Shown one piece after another: positions 1 to 9,239 of a DNA stretch of 64,000 nt. Origin of the DNA: Candidatus Omnitrophota bacterium (GTDB taxonomy: Bacteria > Omnitrophota > Gorgyraeia > Tantalellales > Tantalellaceae); NCBI GenBank assembly GCA_014728075.1, contig WJMG01000091.1:13181-77180 (forward strand). The letters are read 5' to 3'. The notes under the pieces are model-generated. The model made no database searches. It worked only from the letters and a program-made list of their open reading frames with translations, and had not been told where the DNA came from. A program made the position numbers and the translations under genes. Position 1 is the first letter of the stretch. Each line of letters opens with the position of its first letter.

Positions 1-2373
1 GACCATCATCCCCGTACTGCCGGGGACATCAGGGGCGATGTAGATGTTTTCAAGGAAGTCGGCGCTACCGTGTCCATACTGCTTGAGATACTGGAGGAAA
101 AGGGTAAACTCGACCTGACGCCTCTTGAAGCGACACTCATGCTGATAGGTATCTACGAGGAAACCGGCTCTCTTTCCTATTCAACCACGACAAAACTGGA
201 TGTTGACATGGTCAGCCGGCTGCTTGATATGGGAGCCAATCTGAATGTAGTCTCCTCTTACCTCAACAGGAACCTTGACGGCAACGAGCTTACGGCGCTT
301 ATAGAACTGCTGGGTTCGACCGATGTGGTTAATGTGAACGGTGTTAACGCCGCTTTTTCCCTGGTCGATTCCGAACGGCTTGACGGGGAAATGGGGACGG
401 TTGTCCATAAACTGCAGGATGTAGAGAACTATCCGGTGCTTTTCGCGATGTTCGTTTCCGGTGAGAAAGTAAAGATACTGGCCCGGAGCAGGATAGAAAT
501 GATAGATGTTAACCGCCTGTTGTCCAATTTTAACGGGGCGGGCCATTCCTCGGCGGCAAGCGCCAGGGTAACCGGAAGGGACCCCGATGAGATCAAAGGG
601 GAGATCGTATCCCTGCTGGGAGGCGTGTTGCAGCCGGAGGTTTTCGCGAAGGATATAATGACCGAAGAAGTAGAGACCTTTTCTCAGGATGAGCTGGTGG
701 CCGATGTTAAGGCCAGACTTGAGGAAAAAGGTTACGAGGGCGCTCCGGTAGTCGACGATAAAGGGCATCTGGCGGGGATGATAACTCAGAGTGACCTTAA
801 AAAAGCCGTTAACAGGGGTATGGGGCATTCGCGGATAAAGGGATATATGGCCGTTAACCTTAAGACCGCCTCACCGGACACATCACTTCTGGAACTCAAG
901 GAGATGATGATGTCCGAAGGCATAGGCAGAGTGCCGGTCATCGATAAGGGAAGGATGACGGGTATAGTGACCAGGACCGATGTCCTGAAAAAAGTGCACG
1001 GCGTGCTCTTCGAGGACAAGGCCTCTTCGGGAGCTGCGCACATGGACCTGGCCCCCCGGATGCGCGATCTTCTTCCCGCAAAGCTTCTGGAATTCATAAA
1101 GTTCATAGGTGAAGAGGCGGATTCTTCCGGAATAAACGCTTTTCTTGTCGGAGGCTTTGTCAGAGACCTGCTTCTCGGCAAAAAGAAAAATTACGATCTC
1201 GATGTTGTGGTGGAGGGGGACGCTATAGGATTCGGAAGGAGTATAGCCGACAAGATAGGGGCCGCTCTCGTGATACACAGGAAGTTCGGGACCTGTACGG
1301 TGGTCAGGGACTGGCCGAGATGGCTGGGCAAGGCCCTGCACCCCGATAATAAATTCAAGATAGATATAGCTACCGCGCGGGAAGAAACATATGAGAGCCC
1401 GGCGGCTTTGCCGACGGTAAAGTTCAGTTCTCTCAGGGAAGATCTGTACAGGAGGGATTTTACCATAAACGCTATGGCCGTAAATATCAATAAAAAGAAC
1501 TTCGGGTTCTTCCTGGATTTTTTCGGCGGCAGGACGGATCTGAAAAACGGTACTGTCAGAGTGCTTCACGATAAGAGTTTTATAGACGATCCCACGAGGA
1601 TATTCAGGGCGGTACGCTTTGAGCAGCGGTTCGGTTTTGTCATAGAAGGGCATACCGAATATCTGATAAAGCACGCGGTAAAACAGGAAATGTTCAAGAG
1701 GACCGAGAACCAGAGGATCAGGGACGAGCTCAAGCTCATGCTTCAGGAAGAAGACCCGGAAAAAGCGGTTTTCAGGATGAAAAGCCTTCACGAGCTCAGG
1801 TTCATACATCCGGAACTGGTGCTGCGGAGATCCATAAAAAGGTATTTCCGGGAGATCCGAAAGGCCGTTGAATGGTACCGGAAGGAAGCGTCGAACCCCC
1901 GTAAGCTTGACAGGTGGATAATGTACCTTATACTGGTCCTGGACAGCCTGACCGGTAAACAGCTGGAGGAGGTCCTGGACAAATTCGTTTTCACGAGAGG
2001 GGAAAGGATACGGCTGAGATCTTCCAAAGGCAGGGCCCGCCGGGCGCTTAAAAGGTTTTCGTCAAGGGGGAAGATGTCCCCGAGCCTGGTTTACCGGCTG
2101 CTGGAGCCTCTTTCCCACGAGACAGTTCTATGTATGCTGGCTAAAACAAGGTCAGTCCCCGCGAGAAAAAGGATAAGGAAGTTCCTTTCGGAGTACAACG
2201 GGACCAGGCTTGCCATCAGGGGGCAGGATATAAAAGAAATGGGTATAGAGCCCGGCCCCGAATACAATGATCTTCTTAAAAAGGTACTTTACGCCAAGAT
2301 CGACGGGAACCTTGACGGAAAAAAGGAGGAAATGCGGTATCTGGGGCAGCTTGTGAAAAAGAACCCTTCGTAG
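1..2373 (+). CDS. DHH/DHHA1-CBS-CBS-class II tRNA nucleotidyltransferase (A- or CCA-adding enzyme), 5' truncated by window edge
   Basis: Frame 1 is open from base 1 (D-H-H-P-R...). GAGHSSAASA DHHA1-like motif, two CBS repeats, then LVGGFVRDLLL, DLDVVVEGD, RRDFTINAMA and DDPTRIFRAVRF. Confidence 0.9.
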   Translation, partial: DHHPRTAGDIRGDVDVFKEVGATVSILLEILEEKGKLDLTPLEATLMLIGIYEETGSLSYSTTTKLDVDMVSRLLDMGANLNVVSSYLNRNLDGNELTALIELLGSTDVVNVNGVNAAFSLVDSERLDGEMGTVVHKLQDVENYPVLFAMFVSGEKVKILARSRIEMIDVNRLLSNFNGAGHSSAASARVTGRDPDEIKGEIVSLLGGVLQPEVFAKDIMTEEVETFSQDELVADVKARLEEKGYEGAPVVDDKGHLAGMITQSDLKKAVNRGMGHSRIKGYMAVNLKTASPDTSLLELKEMMMSEGIGRVPVIDKGRMTGIVTRTDVLKKVHGVLFEDKASSGAAHMDLAPRMRDLLPAKLLEFIKFIGEEADSSGINAFLVGGFVRDLLLGKKKNYDLDVVVEGDAIGFGRSIADKIGAALVIHRKFGTCTVVRDWPRWLGKALHPDNKFKIDIATAREETYESPAALPTVKFSSLREDLYRRDFTINAMAVNINKKNFGFFLDFFGGRTDLKNGTVRVLHDKSFIDDPTRIFRAVRFEQRFGFVIEGHTEYLIKHAVKQEMFKRTENQRIRDELKLMLQEEDPEKAVFRMKSLHELRFIHPELVLRRSIKRYFREIRKAVEWYRKEASNPRKLDRWIMYLILVLDSLTGKQLEEVLDKFVFTRGERIRLRSSKGRARRALKRFSSRGKMSPSLVYRLLEPLSHETVLCMLAKTRSVPARKRIRKFLSEYNGTRLAIRGQDIKEMGIEPGPEYNDLLKKVLYAKIDGNLDGKKEEMRYLGQLVKKNPS

Positions 2374-2439
2374 AAACGCGTACTTCCGCGCCGGACTTTC
2401 GCGTGCGCGGACGGGGCGGATGAGTGGAGTGACGATATC

Positions 2440-2832
2440 ATGGACAGGATGAACAGGGTGGCGAAACTTATAATGATGGAAATAAGCGTTCTTCTGCAGA
2501 AAGAAGTTAACGATCCGCGGGTAAGCGCCATTACCATCACCGATATCGAGATAACCAGGGACATGAGGCTCGCGAAGATCTACTATGTACCCGCTGTTTC
2601 GGACGCTAACGAAAAAAAAGAGGTATCCCGCGGCTTGAGAAGCGCTTCGCGTTTTCTGCGGGGTGAACTCGCCAGAAGGATGTCCATGAAATATACGCCG
2701 AAACTGTCTTTCCGGGAGGATATTACCGAGGAAAAACAGAGGACGGTCGATGAGCTTTTCGAGAGGATAGAGAAAGAGCCGGGTTTCAGCGGCGGAGAAG
2801 AACAGAAAGGGGCGCAGGATGAGGACAGATGA
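2440..2832 (+). CDS. rbfA: 30S ribosome-binding factor A
   Basis: DPRV, TRDMRLAKIY, YTPKLSFRED motifs; lies upstream of nrnA-truB-ribF. Confidence 0.95.
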   Translation: MDRMNRVAKLIMMEISVLLQKEVNDPRVSAITITDIEITRDMRLAKIYYVPAVSDANEKKEVSRGLRSASRFLRGELARRMSMKYTPKLSFREDITEEKQRTVDELFERIEKEPGFSGGEEQKGAQDEDR

Positions 2833-3796
2833 CATGAAAAGCGTGGCGCGGGTTATCAGGGAGAACAGGAATTTCCTTATAAGCGCCCATATAAACCCGG
2901 AAGGTGATTCGATAGGAAGTCAGCTGGCGTTGAGCTTCATGCTGGGGGTAATGGATAAGCGGGCCTACATGATAGATCAGGACAGGGTCCCCGATAACCT
3001 TATATTCCTTCCCGGGGCCAAGAATATCCTTACCGAGCCTCCTGCTGATTTCGAGCCTGACGCCGCTTTGATAGTCGACTGTCCTGTCATTGAACGCACC
3101 GGGGATGTGTCCGGGTACCTGAAGAAGGCCGGTCTCATAGTGAACATAGACCATCATGTAAGCAACGAATATTACGGAGATGTCAACTGGGTCGAGGAAG
3201 GGTTCAGCTCGGTCGGTGAAATGATGTTCCACCTCGCGGGGGAGCTCGGTGTCCGCATGGAAAGAGTTCTCGCGGAGAATATTTACGCGGCTATAGTTAC
3301 CGATACGGGCATGTTCAGTTACAACAATACCTCAAGCGATACCCATCGCGTGACGGCGGAGCTGGTCGAGGCCGGAGTAGACCCGAATTTCATGCATGCC
3401 GAGATTTTCGAGAAAAAGGATCTGGCCGAGATAAAGCTTCTCGGAGAAGTGCTGAATTCCCTGGAGATATCAGAGGAAGGTAAGGTCGCTCACATAAAGC
3501 TTACCCGCGGCATGTACTCCAGGGTAGGGGCCGATAAAGTGGCTACTGACGAATTCATAAATTACCCCCGTTCCGTTAAAGGGGTGGAAATAGCTGTTTT
3601 CTTCAAGGAAAGTACCGGTGAGAAAGATAAGGTGTATGTGAGTTTTCGCTCCAACGGAAAGGTTGATGTTAACCGGCTGGCTTCGCTTTTCGGCGGCGGG
3701 GGCCATCAAAAGGCCTCCGGATGCATGCTTGCCTGCGGGATGGAAGAGGCCGTCGGGAAGGTCCTTTCCGAAGCCGAAAAGGTCTTGCAACAATGA
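2819..3796 (+). CDS. nrnA: Bifunctional oligoribonuclease/PAP phosphatase, DHH family
   Basis: HINPEGDSIGS, NIDHH, TDTGMF and GGGGH motifs. Confidence 0.92.
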   Translation: MRTDDMKSVARVIRENRNFLISAHINPEGDSIGSQLALSFMLGVMDKRAYMIDQDRVPDNLIFLPGAKNILTEPPADFEPDAALIVDCPVIERTGDVSGYLKKAGLIVNIDHHVSNEYYGDVNWVEEGFSSVGEMMFHLAGELGVRMERVLAENIYAAIVTDTGMFSYNNTSSDTHRVTAELVEAGVDPNFMHAEIFEKKDLAEIKLLGEVLNSLEISEEGKVAHIKLTRGMYSRVGADKVATDEFINYPRSVKGVEIAVFFKESTGEKDKVYVSFRSNGKVDVNRLASLFGGGGHQKASGCMLACGMEEAVGKVLSEAEKVLQQ

Positions 3797-4476
3797 TGAT
3801 CGCAGACGGAATACTGGTAGCAGATAAGGAAAAAGGGATGACCAGCCACGATGTGGTGAGCCTTGTGCGAAGGCGCTACCGCCTGAAAAAAGTAGGACAT
3901 GCCGGTACCCTTGACCCGAACGCTACCGGCGTACTGGTGCTGCTGTTAGGAAAGGCGACCAAACTGTCCGGCACCTTTCTCAACGAGGACAAGGAGTATA
4001 TTGCTACCATGAAGCTCGGGGAAAACACCTCCACAGGTGATTCCGAGGGGGAAGTAACGGCGGCCGGGGAAGTTAGCTGTTCACCCGAAGAGGCCGCCGC
4101 GGCAGTTTCGGCTTTCAGGGGCGAAATGGACCAGGTCCCGCCGATGGTCTCCGCAAAGAAGATCGGCGGAAAGAAGCTCTACAAGCTCGCGAGAAAAGGC
4201 ATAGAGGTCAAAAGGGAGCCCCGTAAGATATTCATAAGCGAAATGGAGGTGCTCGAAGTGTCCATCCCCGTGGTGGTCTTCAGGACGGTATGCAGTAAGG
4301 GGACATATATACGCCAGCTGGCGCAAGACATAGGAACTCAACTGGGATGCGGAGCCCATCTCGCAGAATTGAGGCGGATCCGTTCGGGAAGTTTCGGGAT
4401 TGACCGGGCTGTCCCTGTAAGTGTTTTGAAGCGGATCGGTCCGGAAGAACTAAATGAGAAGATTATACGGGTATGA
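3793..4476 (+). CDS. truB: tRNA pseudouridine(55) synthase
   Basis: TSHDVV, GHAGTLDPNATG, CSKGTYIR; start moved to ATG 3793, overlapping the nrnA stop. Confidence 0.95.
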   Translation: MMIADGILVADKEKGMTSHDVVSLVRRRYRLKKVGHAGTLDPNATGVLVLLLGKATKLSGTFLNEDKEYIATMKLGENTSTGDSEGEVTAAGEVSCSPEEAAAAVSAFRGEMDQVPPMVSAKKIGGKKLYKLARKGIEVKREPRKIFISEMEVLEVSIPVVVFRTVCSKGTYIRQLAQDIGTQLGCGAHLAELRRIRSGSFGIDRAVPVSVLKRIGPEELNEKIIRV

Positions 4477-5428
4477 CAATATCAGGCAGGAATTAAGGGA
4501 CCCGGTCGCGGCCATCGGTATGTTCGACGGTATACACCTGGGGCACAGGCGCGTTATCAATAAGGTGCTGCGGGCCGCCGGAAAGGACAGGGACGCCGCG
4601 GTCATCACTTTCGATCCGCATCCACAGTCGGTCATCGATCCGCGGAAGGCCCCGCCGAGGATCATGTCCCTTGAGCACAGGCTTCACATCTTCGAAAAGA
4701 TGAAACTGGACGCGGCCGTGGTCATAAAGTTCACCGGCGGCGTATCGTCGATGGGCCCTGAGGATTTTGTGGACAAGGTCATTTCCGGCATGGGGGCCCG
4801 AACGGTGTTCGTCGGCAGCAATTTCCGTTTCGGAAGCGGGAAGTCGGGTGATGTGAAGCTTCTAAAGGATATCGGCGGAAGCCGAGGTATAGATGTTTTC
4901 GAAGTAAAGCCGGTCAAAATGGGCGGGAGGGTGATAAGCAGTACCTGGCTGAGAAAACTTATTTCTTCGGGGGATATCGCAAAGGCCGAAAAGCTTCTAA
5001 GGAGGCCTCCTTCGGTGCTCGGGACCGTAGTGGAAGGAGACCGGAGAGGACGGTCTCTTGGGCTTCCGACGGCTAATATAGATCCGCACCAGGAGGTAAT
5101 ACCCCCGCCGGGAGTTTATGCCGTAAAAGTGGAGCTTGGAGGAAAACTCTTCAACGGGGCCCTTAACATCGGGTTTAAGCCGACCTTTTACGGGAGTAAA
5201 TTAAAAAAAAGAAAGGAGCCAAGCGCGGAAGTCCATGTTATAGATTATGACGGCAGTCTTTACGGGAAGACCCTGGAGATCTTTTTTATAAAGGCGTTAA
5301 GGAAGGAGAAGCATTTCCGAACCGAGAAAGAGCTGGTCTTTCAGGTGCGGAAGGATATGGAGAGAGCCAGGCAGCTGTTAAGTTCAAAAAGAACAAGCGA
5401 AAAGATAAGAAAATACAAAGATATCTGA
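4454..5428 (+). CDS. ribF: Bifunctional riboflavin kinase/FAD synthetase
   Basis: GMFDGIHLGH, TFDPHP, ISSTWLR, GLPTAN motifs. Confidence 0.95.
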   Translation: MRRLYGYDNIRQELRDPVAAIGMFDGIHLGHRRVINKVLRAAGKDRDAAVITFDPHPQSVIDPRKAPPRIMSLEHRLHIFEKMKLDAAVVIKFTGGVSSMGPEDFVDKVISGMGARTVFVGSNFRFGSGKSGDVKLLKDIGGSRGIDVFEVKPVKMGGRVISSTWLRKLISSGDIAKAEKLLRRPPSVLGTVVEGDRRGRSLGLPTANIDPHQEVIPPPGVYAVKVELGGKLFNGALNIGFKPTFYGSKLKKRKEPSAEVHVIDYDGSLYGKTLEIFFIKALRKEKHFRTEKELVFQVRKDMERARQLLSSKRTSEKIRKYKDI

Positions 5429-5464
5429 GAACAGGGTCCAGCCCGGCCCTATATATAAATAATT

Positions 5465-5506
5465 TGTTATAATGTTTACAAAATTATATTTGTGTGATAG
5501 TATAAT
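5465..5506 (+). promoter_or_regulatory. Probable sigma70 promoter(s) for rpsO-pnp
   Basis: Extended -10 TGtTATAAT at 5465-5473, TTTACA at 5475-5480 and TATAAT at 5501-5506 in an AT-rich intergenic region. Confidence 0.55.
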
Positions 5507-5572
5507 GCGCGAATAAAAATAACTGCCGAAAACGGATATGATCCTTTTCGCGGAAGAAAGGAGGTGAGTTAA

Positions 5573-5842
5573 GTGTCGATCGTAAAGGAAAAGAAAAATG
5601 AGATCATAGGTACTTTTCGAAAACACGATAAAGATACCGGTTCAGCCGAGGTGCAGATCGCTCTTTTGAGCGAAAGGATAAATTCCCTGACTGAACACTT
5701 TAAAAAGCATAAGAAGGATTTTCATTCGAGAAGAGGGCTTCTGATGCTCGTAAGCAAAAGAAGGAAGCTTTTGACTTACCTTAAGTCCGTAGATAACGAT
5801 AAGTACCAGGAAGTTATCAAGAAACTCGGGCTCAGAAAGTAA
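5573..5842 (+). CDS. rpsO: 30S ribosomal protein S15
   Basis: [24 protein letters not shown]; strong SD AGGAGGTGA, GTG start. Confidence 0.98.
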   Translation: MSIVKEKKNEIIGTFRKHDKDTGSAEVQIALLSERINSLTEHFKKHKKDFHSRRGLLMLVSKRRKLLTYLKSVDNDKYQEVIKKLGLRK

Positions 5843-5895
5843 TTAATGGTACATACATATAATGTTAACAGCAAGCTTAAGAAGGACAGGTATAC

Positions 5896-8004
5896 ATGAT
5901 TGATGTAAGAGCAGATCTGGGCAGGGAGCAACTCATTATTTCAACGGGGAAATTGGCTAAACAGGCAGGCGGTTCCGTTACGGTGCAGTACGGCGGTACT
6001 ATGGTGCTGGTGACATGCTGCTGCGCGAAAAAGGCAAAAGAAGCTATGGGATTTTTCCCGCTGACCGTGGAATATCAGGAAAAGACATTCGCGGCCGGTA
6101 AGATCCCCGGAGGATTTTTCAAAAGGGAAGGACGGCCTTCCGAAAAAGCGATTCTGACATCCAGGATGATAGACAGGCCGATACGCCCTCTTTTCCCCAA
6201 AGGGATGCTTAACGAGGTGCAGGTAGTGGTCACGGTGCTGTCGTACGACGGGGTCAACGATCCCGATGTCCTGGCCCTTACGGGCGCCTCTGCCGCTCTT
6301 ACTATATCGGAAATACCTTTCGAAGGTCCCATCGCGGGAGCGAGAGTGGGAATGGTCGACGACAGGTTCATCCTCAATCCGACAGCCGAAGAGATGGAAA
6401 AGAGCACTCTCGATGTTATACTTGTCGCGAACGAGGAGAGCGTCATCATGCTGGAGGCCGGGGCGGAAATGGTCTCCGAAGACAGGATGGTAGAAGCGAT
6501 AAAGTTCGGCCACGAGGGGATCAAGCCGCTTTTAAAGATACAGGACGAGCTCAGGGAAAGGGCGGGCAAGCCCAAGAGAGAGGATATAACCATTGTCGAG
6601 CTCGACCAGGAACTTTTCAAGAAAGTTAAGGAAAAGTACTCTTCAAAGATAAAAGAAGCTCTTCAGATAGTCGATAAGCAGCAGAGAATAGAAGAGCTCG
6701 ACAGCCTTGAAGCCCAGCTGATCGAAGAAGAAGCCGACCCGGAGAAGGAAGGTCTCGAGGCCGACCTGAAGCTGGCGTTCGCCGAGGTGGAGAAGGACCT
6801 GGTCAGGGAAGTCATATTAAAAGACCGCAAGAGGATAGACGGAAGGCAGTTCGATGAGATAAGGCCTCTTTCTTCCGAGGTCAACATGCTTCCAAGAACA
6901 CACGGTTCCGCTCTTTTTACCAGGGGGGAAACACAGGCGCTGGCCGTAGTTACACTGGGTACGGTGGCCGACGAGCAGAGGATCGATGCCCTGGAAGGCG
7001 AAACAACGCGTTCGTTCATGCTGCATTATAACTTTCCTTCTTTCAGCGTAGGCGAGACCAGACCGATGAGAGGACCGGGGAGGAGAGAGATCGGGCACGG
7101 CGCGCTTGCCCACAAAGCTCTTACTCCCGTTCTGCCCGAACCGGAGAATTTTCCTTATACCATAAGGATAGTTTCCGAGATACTGGAATCGAACGGTTCA
7201 AGTTCCATGGCCACCGTGTGTTCAGGGTCAATGTGCCTTATGGGCGGCGGTGTCCCCATAAAGGAATCCGTAGGCGGTATAGCCATGGGCCTGGTCAAGG
7301 AAGATGATAATTACGCTATTTTAACGGACATAGCCGGCGCCGAAGACCATCTCGGTGATATGGATTTCAAAGTTGCGGGGACCAGGACCGGTATAACCGC
7401 GGTGCAGATGGACCTGAAGGTCAAGGGTATTAACTACGACATACTTAAAGAGGGGTTCGAGAACGCCCGGAAGGCAAGGCTCAGTATAATCGACCATATG
7501 GAGCATACCATAGCGCGTCCCAGGGAAGACATGTCCCCGGATGCTCCCAGGATAGTCGTGGTGATGGTGCCGGTGGATAAGATCCGGGAAGTCATAGGCC
7601 CCGGCGGCAAGGTCATAAAGGGTATAATCGCGGAGACAGGCGCGGATGTTAATATAGAGGATGACGGGACCTGCCAGATAGCTTCCTCGAACAAAGAATC
7701 CCTGGACAAGGCCGTAGAGATGGTCAAAGGTCTCATTGAGGAACCGGAAGTAGGCAAGACCTACGAAGCTACAGTGGTCAAAATAATGGATTTCGGGGCA
7801 TTCGTCAGGTATATGCCCAATCAGGAAGGTCTCGTGCATGTTTCCGAAATATCCAATGAATATGTAAAGGATGTTCACCAGTTCCTGAAAGAAGGCCAGG
7901 AAGTGAAGGTCAAACTGGTCGGAATAGACGACCAGGGGCGGGCAAAGCTGAGCATGAAACAGGTTGAAGAGAAACAGGTTGAAGAGAATAAGGATACAGA
8001 TTAA
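5896..8004 (+). CDS. pnp: Polyribonucleotide nucleotidyltransferase
   Basis: GKIPGGFFKREG, ESNGSSSMA, DHLGDMDFKVAG, KH and S1 domains. Confidence 0.98.
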   Translation: MIDVRADLGREQLIISTGKLAKQAGGSVTVQYGGTMVLVTCCCAKKAKEAMGFFPLTVEYQEKTFAAGKIPGGFFKREGRPSEKAILTSRMIDRPIRPLFPKGMLNEVQVVVTVLSYDGVNDPDVLALTGASAALTISEIPFEGPIAGARVGMVDDRFILNPTAEEMEKSTLDVILVANEESVIMLEAGAEMVSEDRMVEAIKFGHEGIKPLLKIQDELRERAGKPKREDITIVELDQELFKKVKEKYSSKIKEALQIVDKQQRIEELDSLEAQLIEEEADPEKEGLEADLKLAFAEVEKDLVREVILKDRKRIDGRQFDEIRPLSSEVNMLPRTHGSALFTRGETQALAVVTLGTVADEQRIDALEGETTRSFMLHYNFPSFSVGETRPMRGPGRREIGHGALAHKALTPVLPEPENFPYTIRIVSEILESNGSSSMATVCSGSMCLMGGGVPIKESVGGIAMGLVKEDDNYAILTDIAGAEDHLGDMDFKVAGTRTGITAVQMDLKVKGINYDILKEGFENARKARLSIIDHMEHTIARPREDMSPDAPRIVVVMVPVDKIREVIGPGGKVIKGIIAETGADVNIEDDGTCQIASSNKESLDKAVEMVKGLIEEPEVGKTYEATVVKIMDFGAFVRYMPNQEGLVHVSEISNEYVKDVHQFLKEGQEVKVKLVGIDDQGRAKLSMKQVEEKQVEENKDTD
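7957..7986 (+). repeat. 15-bp tandem duplication (AAACAGGTTGAAGAG x2) in the pnp/dut overlap
   Basis: Exact copies at 7957-7971 and 7972-7986; gives KQVEE-KQVEE in PNPase and duplicates the TTG start of dut. Confidence 0.85.
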
Positions 8005-8428
8005 GCGGAAGGAAGACGCTCTGGACCTTCCTGTGCCGTCGTACGCCACCGCGGGTTCAAGCGGTATGGACCTTTACGCGGATGTCGAGTCCGAACTGGT
8101 TCTGCGGCCCGGCGACATAAAGCTTGTTTCCTGCGGGATATACATCGAGTTGCCCGCGGGTTACGAAGCCCAGATAAGGCCCAGGAGCGGTTTGGCCCTT
8201 AAACACGGTATAACCCTCGTCAATACGCCCGGGACCATAGACAGCGACTACCGGGGTCTTATAAACCTTATAATCACGAACATCGGCAGAGAGGATTTTG
8301 CCGTCAAAAGGGGCCAGAGGCTTGCCCAGATGGTCATTAAAGAAGTCGTCCTGGCCGATCTCGATGAGGTAAAGGAGCTGGGAGATACCGTGCGTGCCGC
8401 GGGAGGTTTCGGCCACACCGGGATTTAG
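7979..8428 (+). CDS. dut: dUTP diphosphatase (trimeric)
   Basis: GMDL, RPRSGLA, GTIDSDYRG, RAAGGFGHTG; start is TTG 7979 or 7964. Confidence 0.95.
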   Translation: MKRIRIQIKRKEDALDLPVPSYATAGSSGMDLYADVESELVLRPGDIKLVSCGIYIELPAGYEAQIRPRSGLALKHGITLVNTPGTIDSDYRGLINLIITNIGREDFAVKRGQRLAQMVIKEVVLADLDEVKELGDTVRAAGGFGHTGI

Positions 8429-8462
8429 CGCCCTGTTTTCAGAGGCGGGAACAGGATCTTTT

Positions 8463-9230
8463 ATGACTATAGCGGAATCAGTGATCTCGGGTCTGGTACA
8501 GGGGCTTACCGAATTCCTTCCCGTTTCAAGCTCCGGTCATCTCGTTCTTTTGCACAGATTTTTCGGTTATGAAGAGCCGGGAGTTTTTTTTGATGTCTGT
8601 CTTCACGCCGGGACCCTTTTGTCGGTCCTTGTTTTTTTCGGGCCCTACATCGTTTCCCTGGCGGTCAAGAAAGATGGAAGATCACTGTTGATGCTCTTTA
8701 TCGCAACTCTGCCTGCCGTAGGGGCCGCGCTTTTATGGGGCGACGCAATTGAAGGGTTTTTTACCGACCCCCGTTCCGTCGCTTTTTTTCTTTTGTGTAC
8801 CGGCGTAATGCTTTTAGCCGCTCAATTACGAATGTACGGACAGAGGAATAGCGGAGGCGTAACACGCCCTGTACCGGCTTTTTTGATGGGGATAGCCCAG
8901 GCGCTCGCGCTTCTGCCGGGGATCTCCAGGAGCGGATCAACTATCTCGGCGGGAATACTTTCAGGGGTTTCGGAAGAAGAGGCTTTCAGGTTCTCTTTTC
9001 TGATGTCGATACCAGCCATAACCGGCGCGCTCGTATTTAAATCACGGAGTATAGGCGCAGCCGGCCTGGATCTGGATACCGTAACGGTCTACTCCGCCGG
9101 AATACTGACCGCGTTCGTTGCCGGCATCCTGAGCCTTTATGTCCTGCGGAAGGTGCTTAAGTTCAGGAAACTTTATTTTTTCGGTATATATTGCGTTGCG
9201 ATCGGTCTGACCGGTCTTTTTCGATGGTAA
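8463..9230 (+). CDS. uppP: Undecaprenyl-diphosphate phosphatase
   Basis: QGLTEFLPVSSSGH, PGISRSGST, FSFLMSIPAI; multiple TM segments. Confidence 0.95.
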   Translation: MTIAESVISGLVQGLTEFLPVSSSGHLVLLHRFFGYEEPGVFFDVCLHAGTLLSVLVFFGPYIVSLAVKKDGRSLLMLFIATLPAVGAALLWGDAIEGFFTDPRSVAFFLLCTGVMLLAAQLRMYGQRNSGGVTRPVPAFLMGIAQALALLPGISRSGSTISAGILSGVSEEEAFRFSFLMSIPAITGALVFKSRSIGAAGLDLDTVTVYSAGILTAFVAGILSLYVLRKVLKFRKLYFFGIYCVAIGLTGLFRW

Positions 9231-9239
9231 GCGCCGGGG

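Noticed and set aside
7957-7986. 15-bp tandem duplication as a contingency locus
   Set aside because: Only two copies, in frame for both genes and in a disordered tail; probably neutral slippage.
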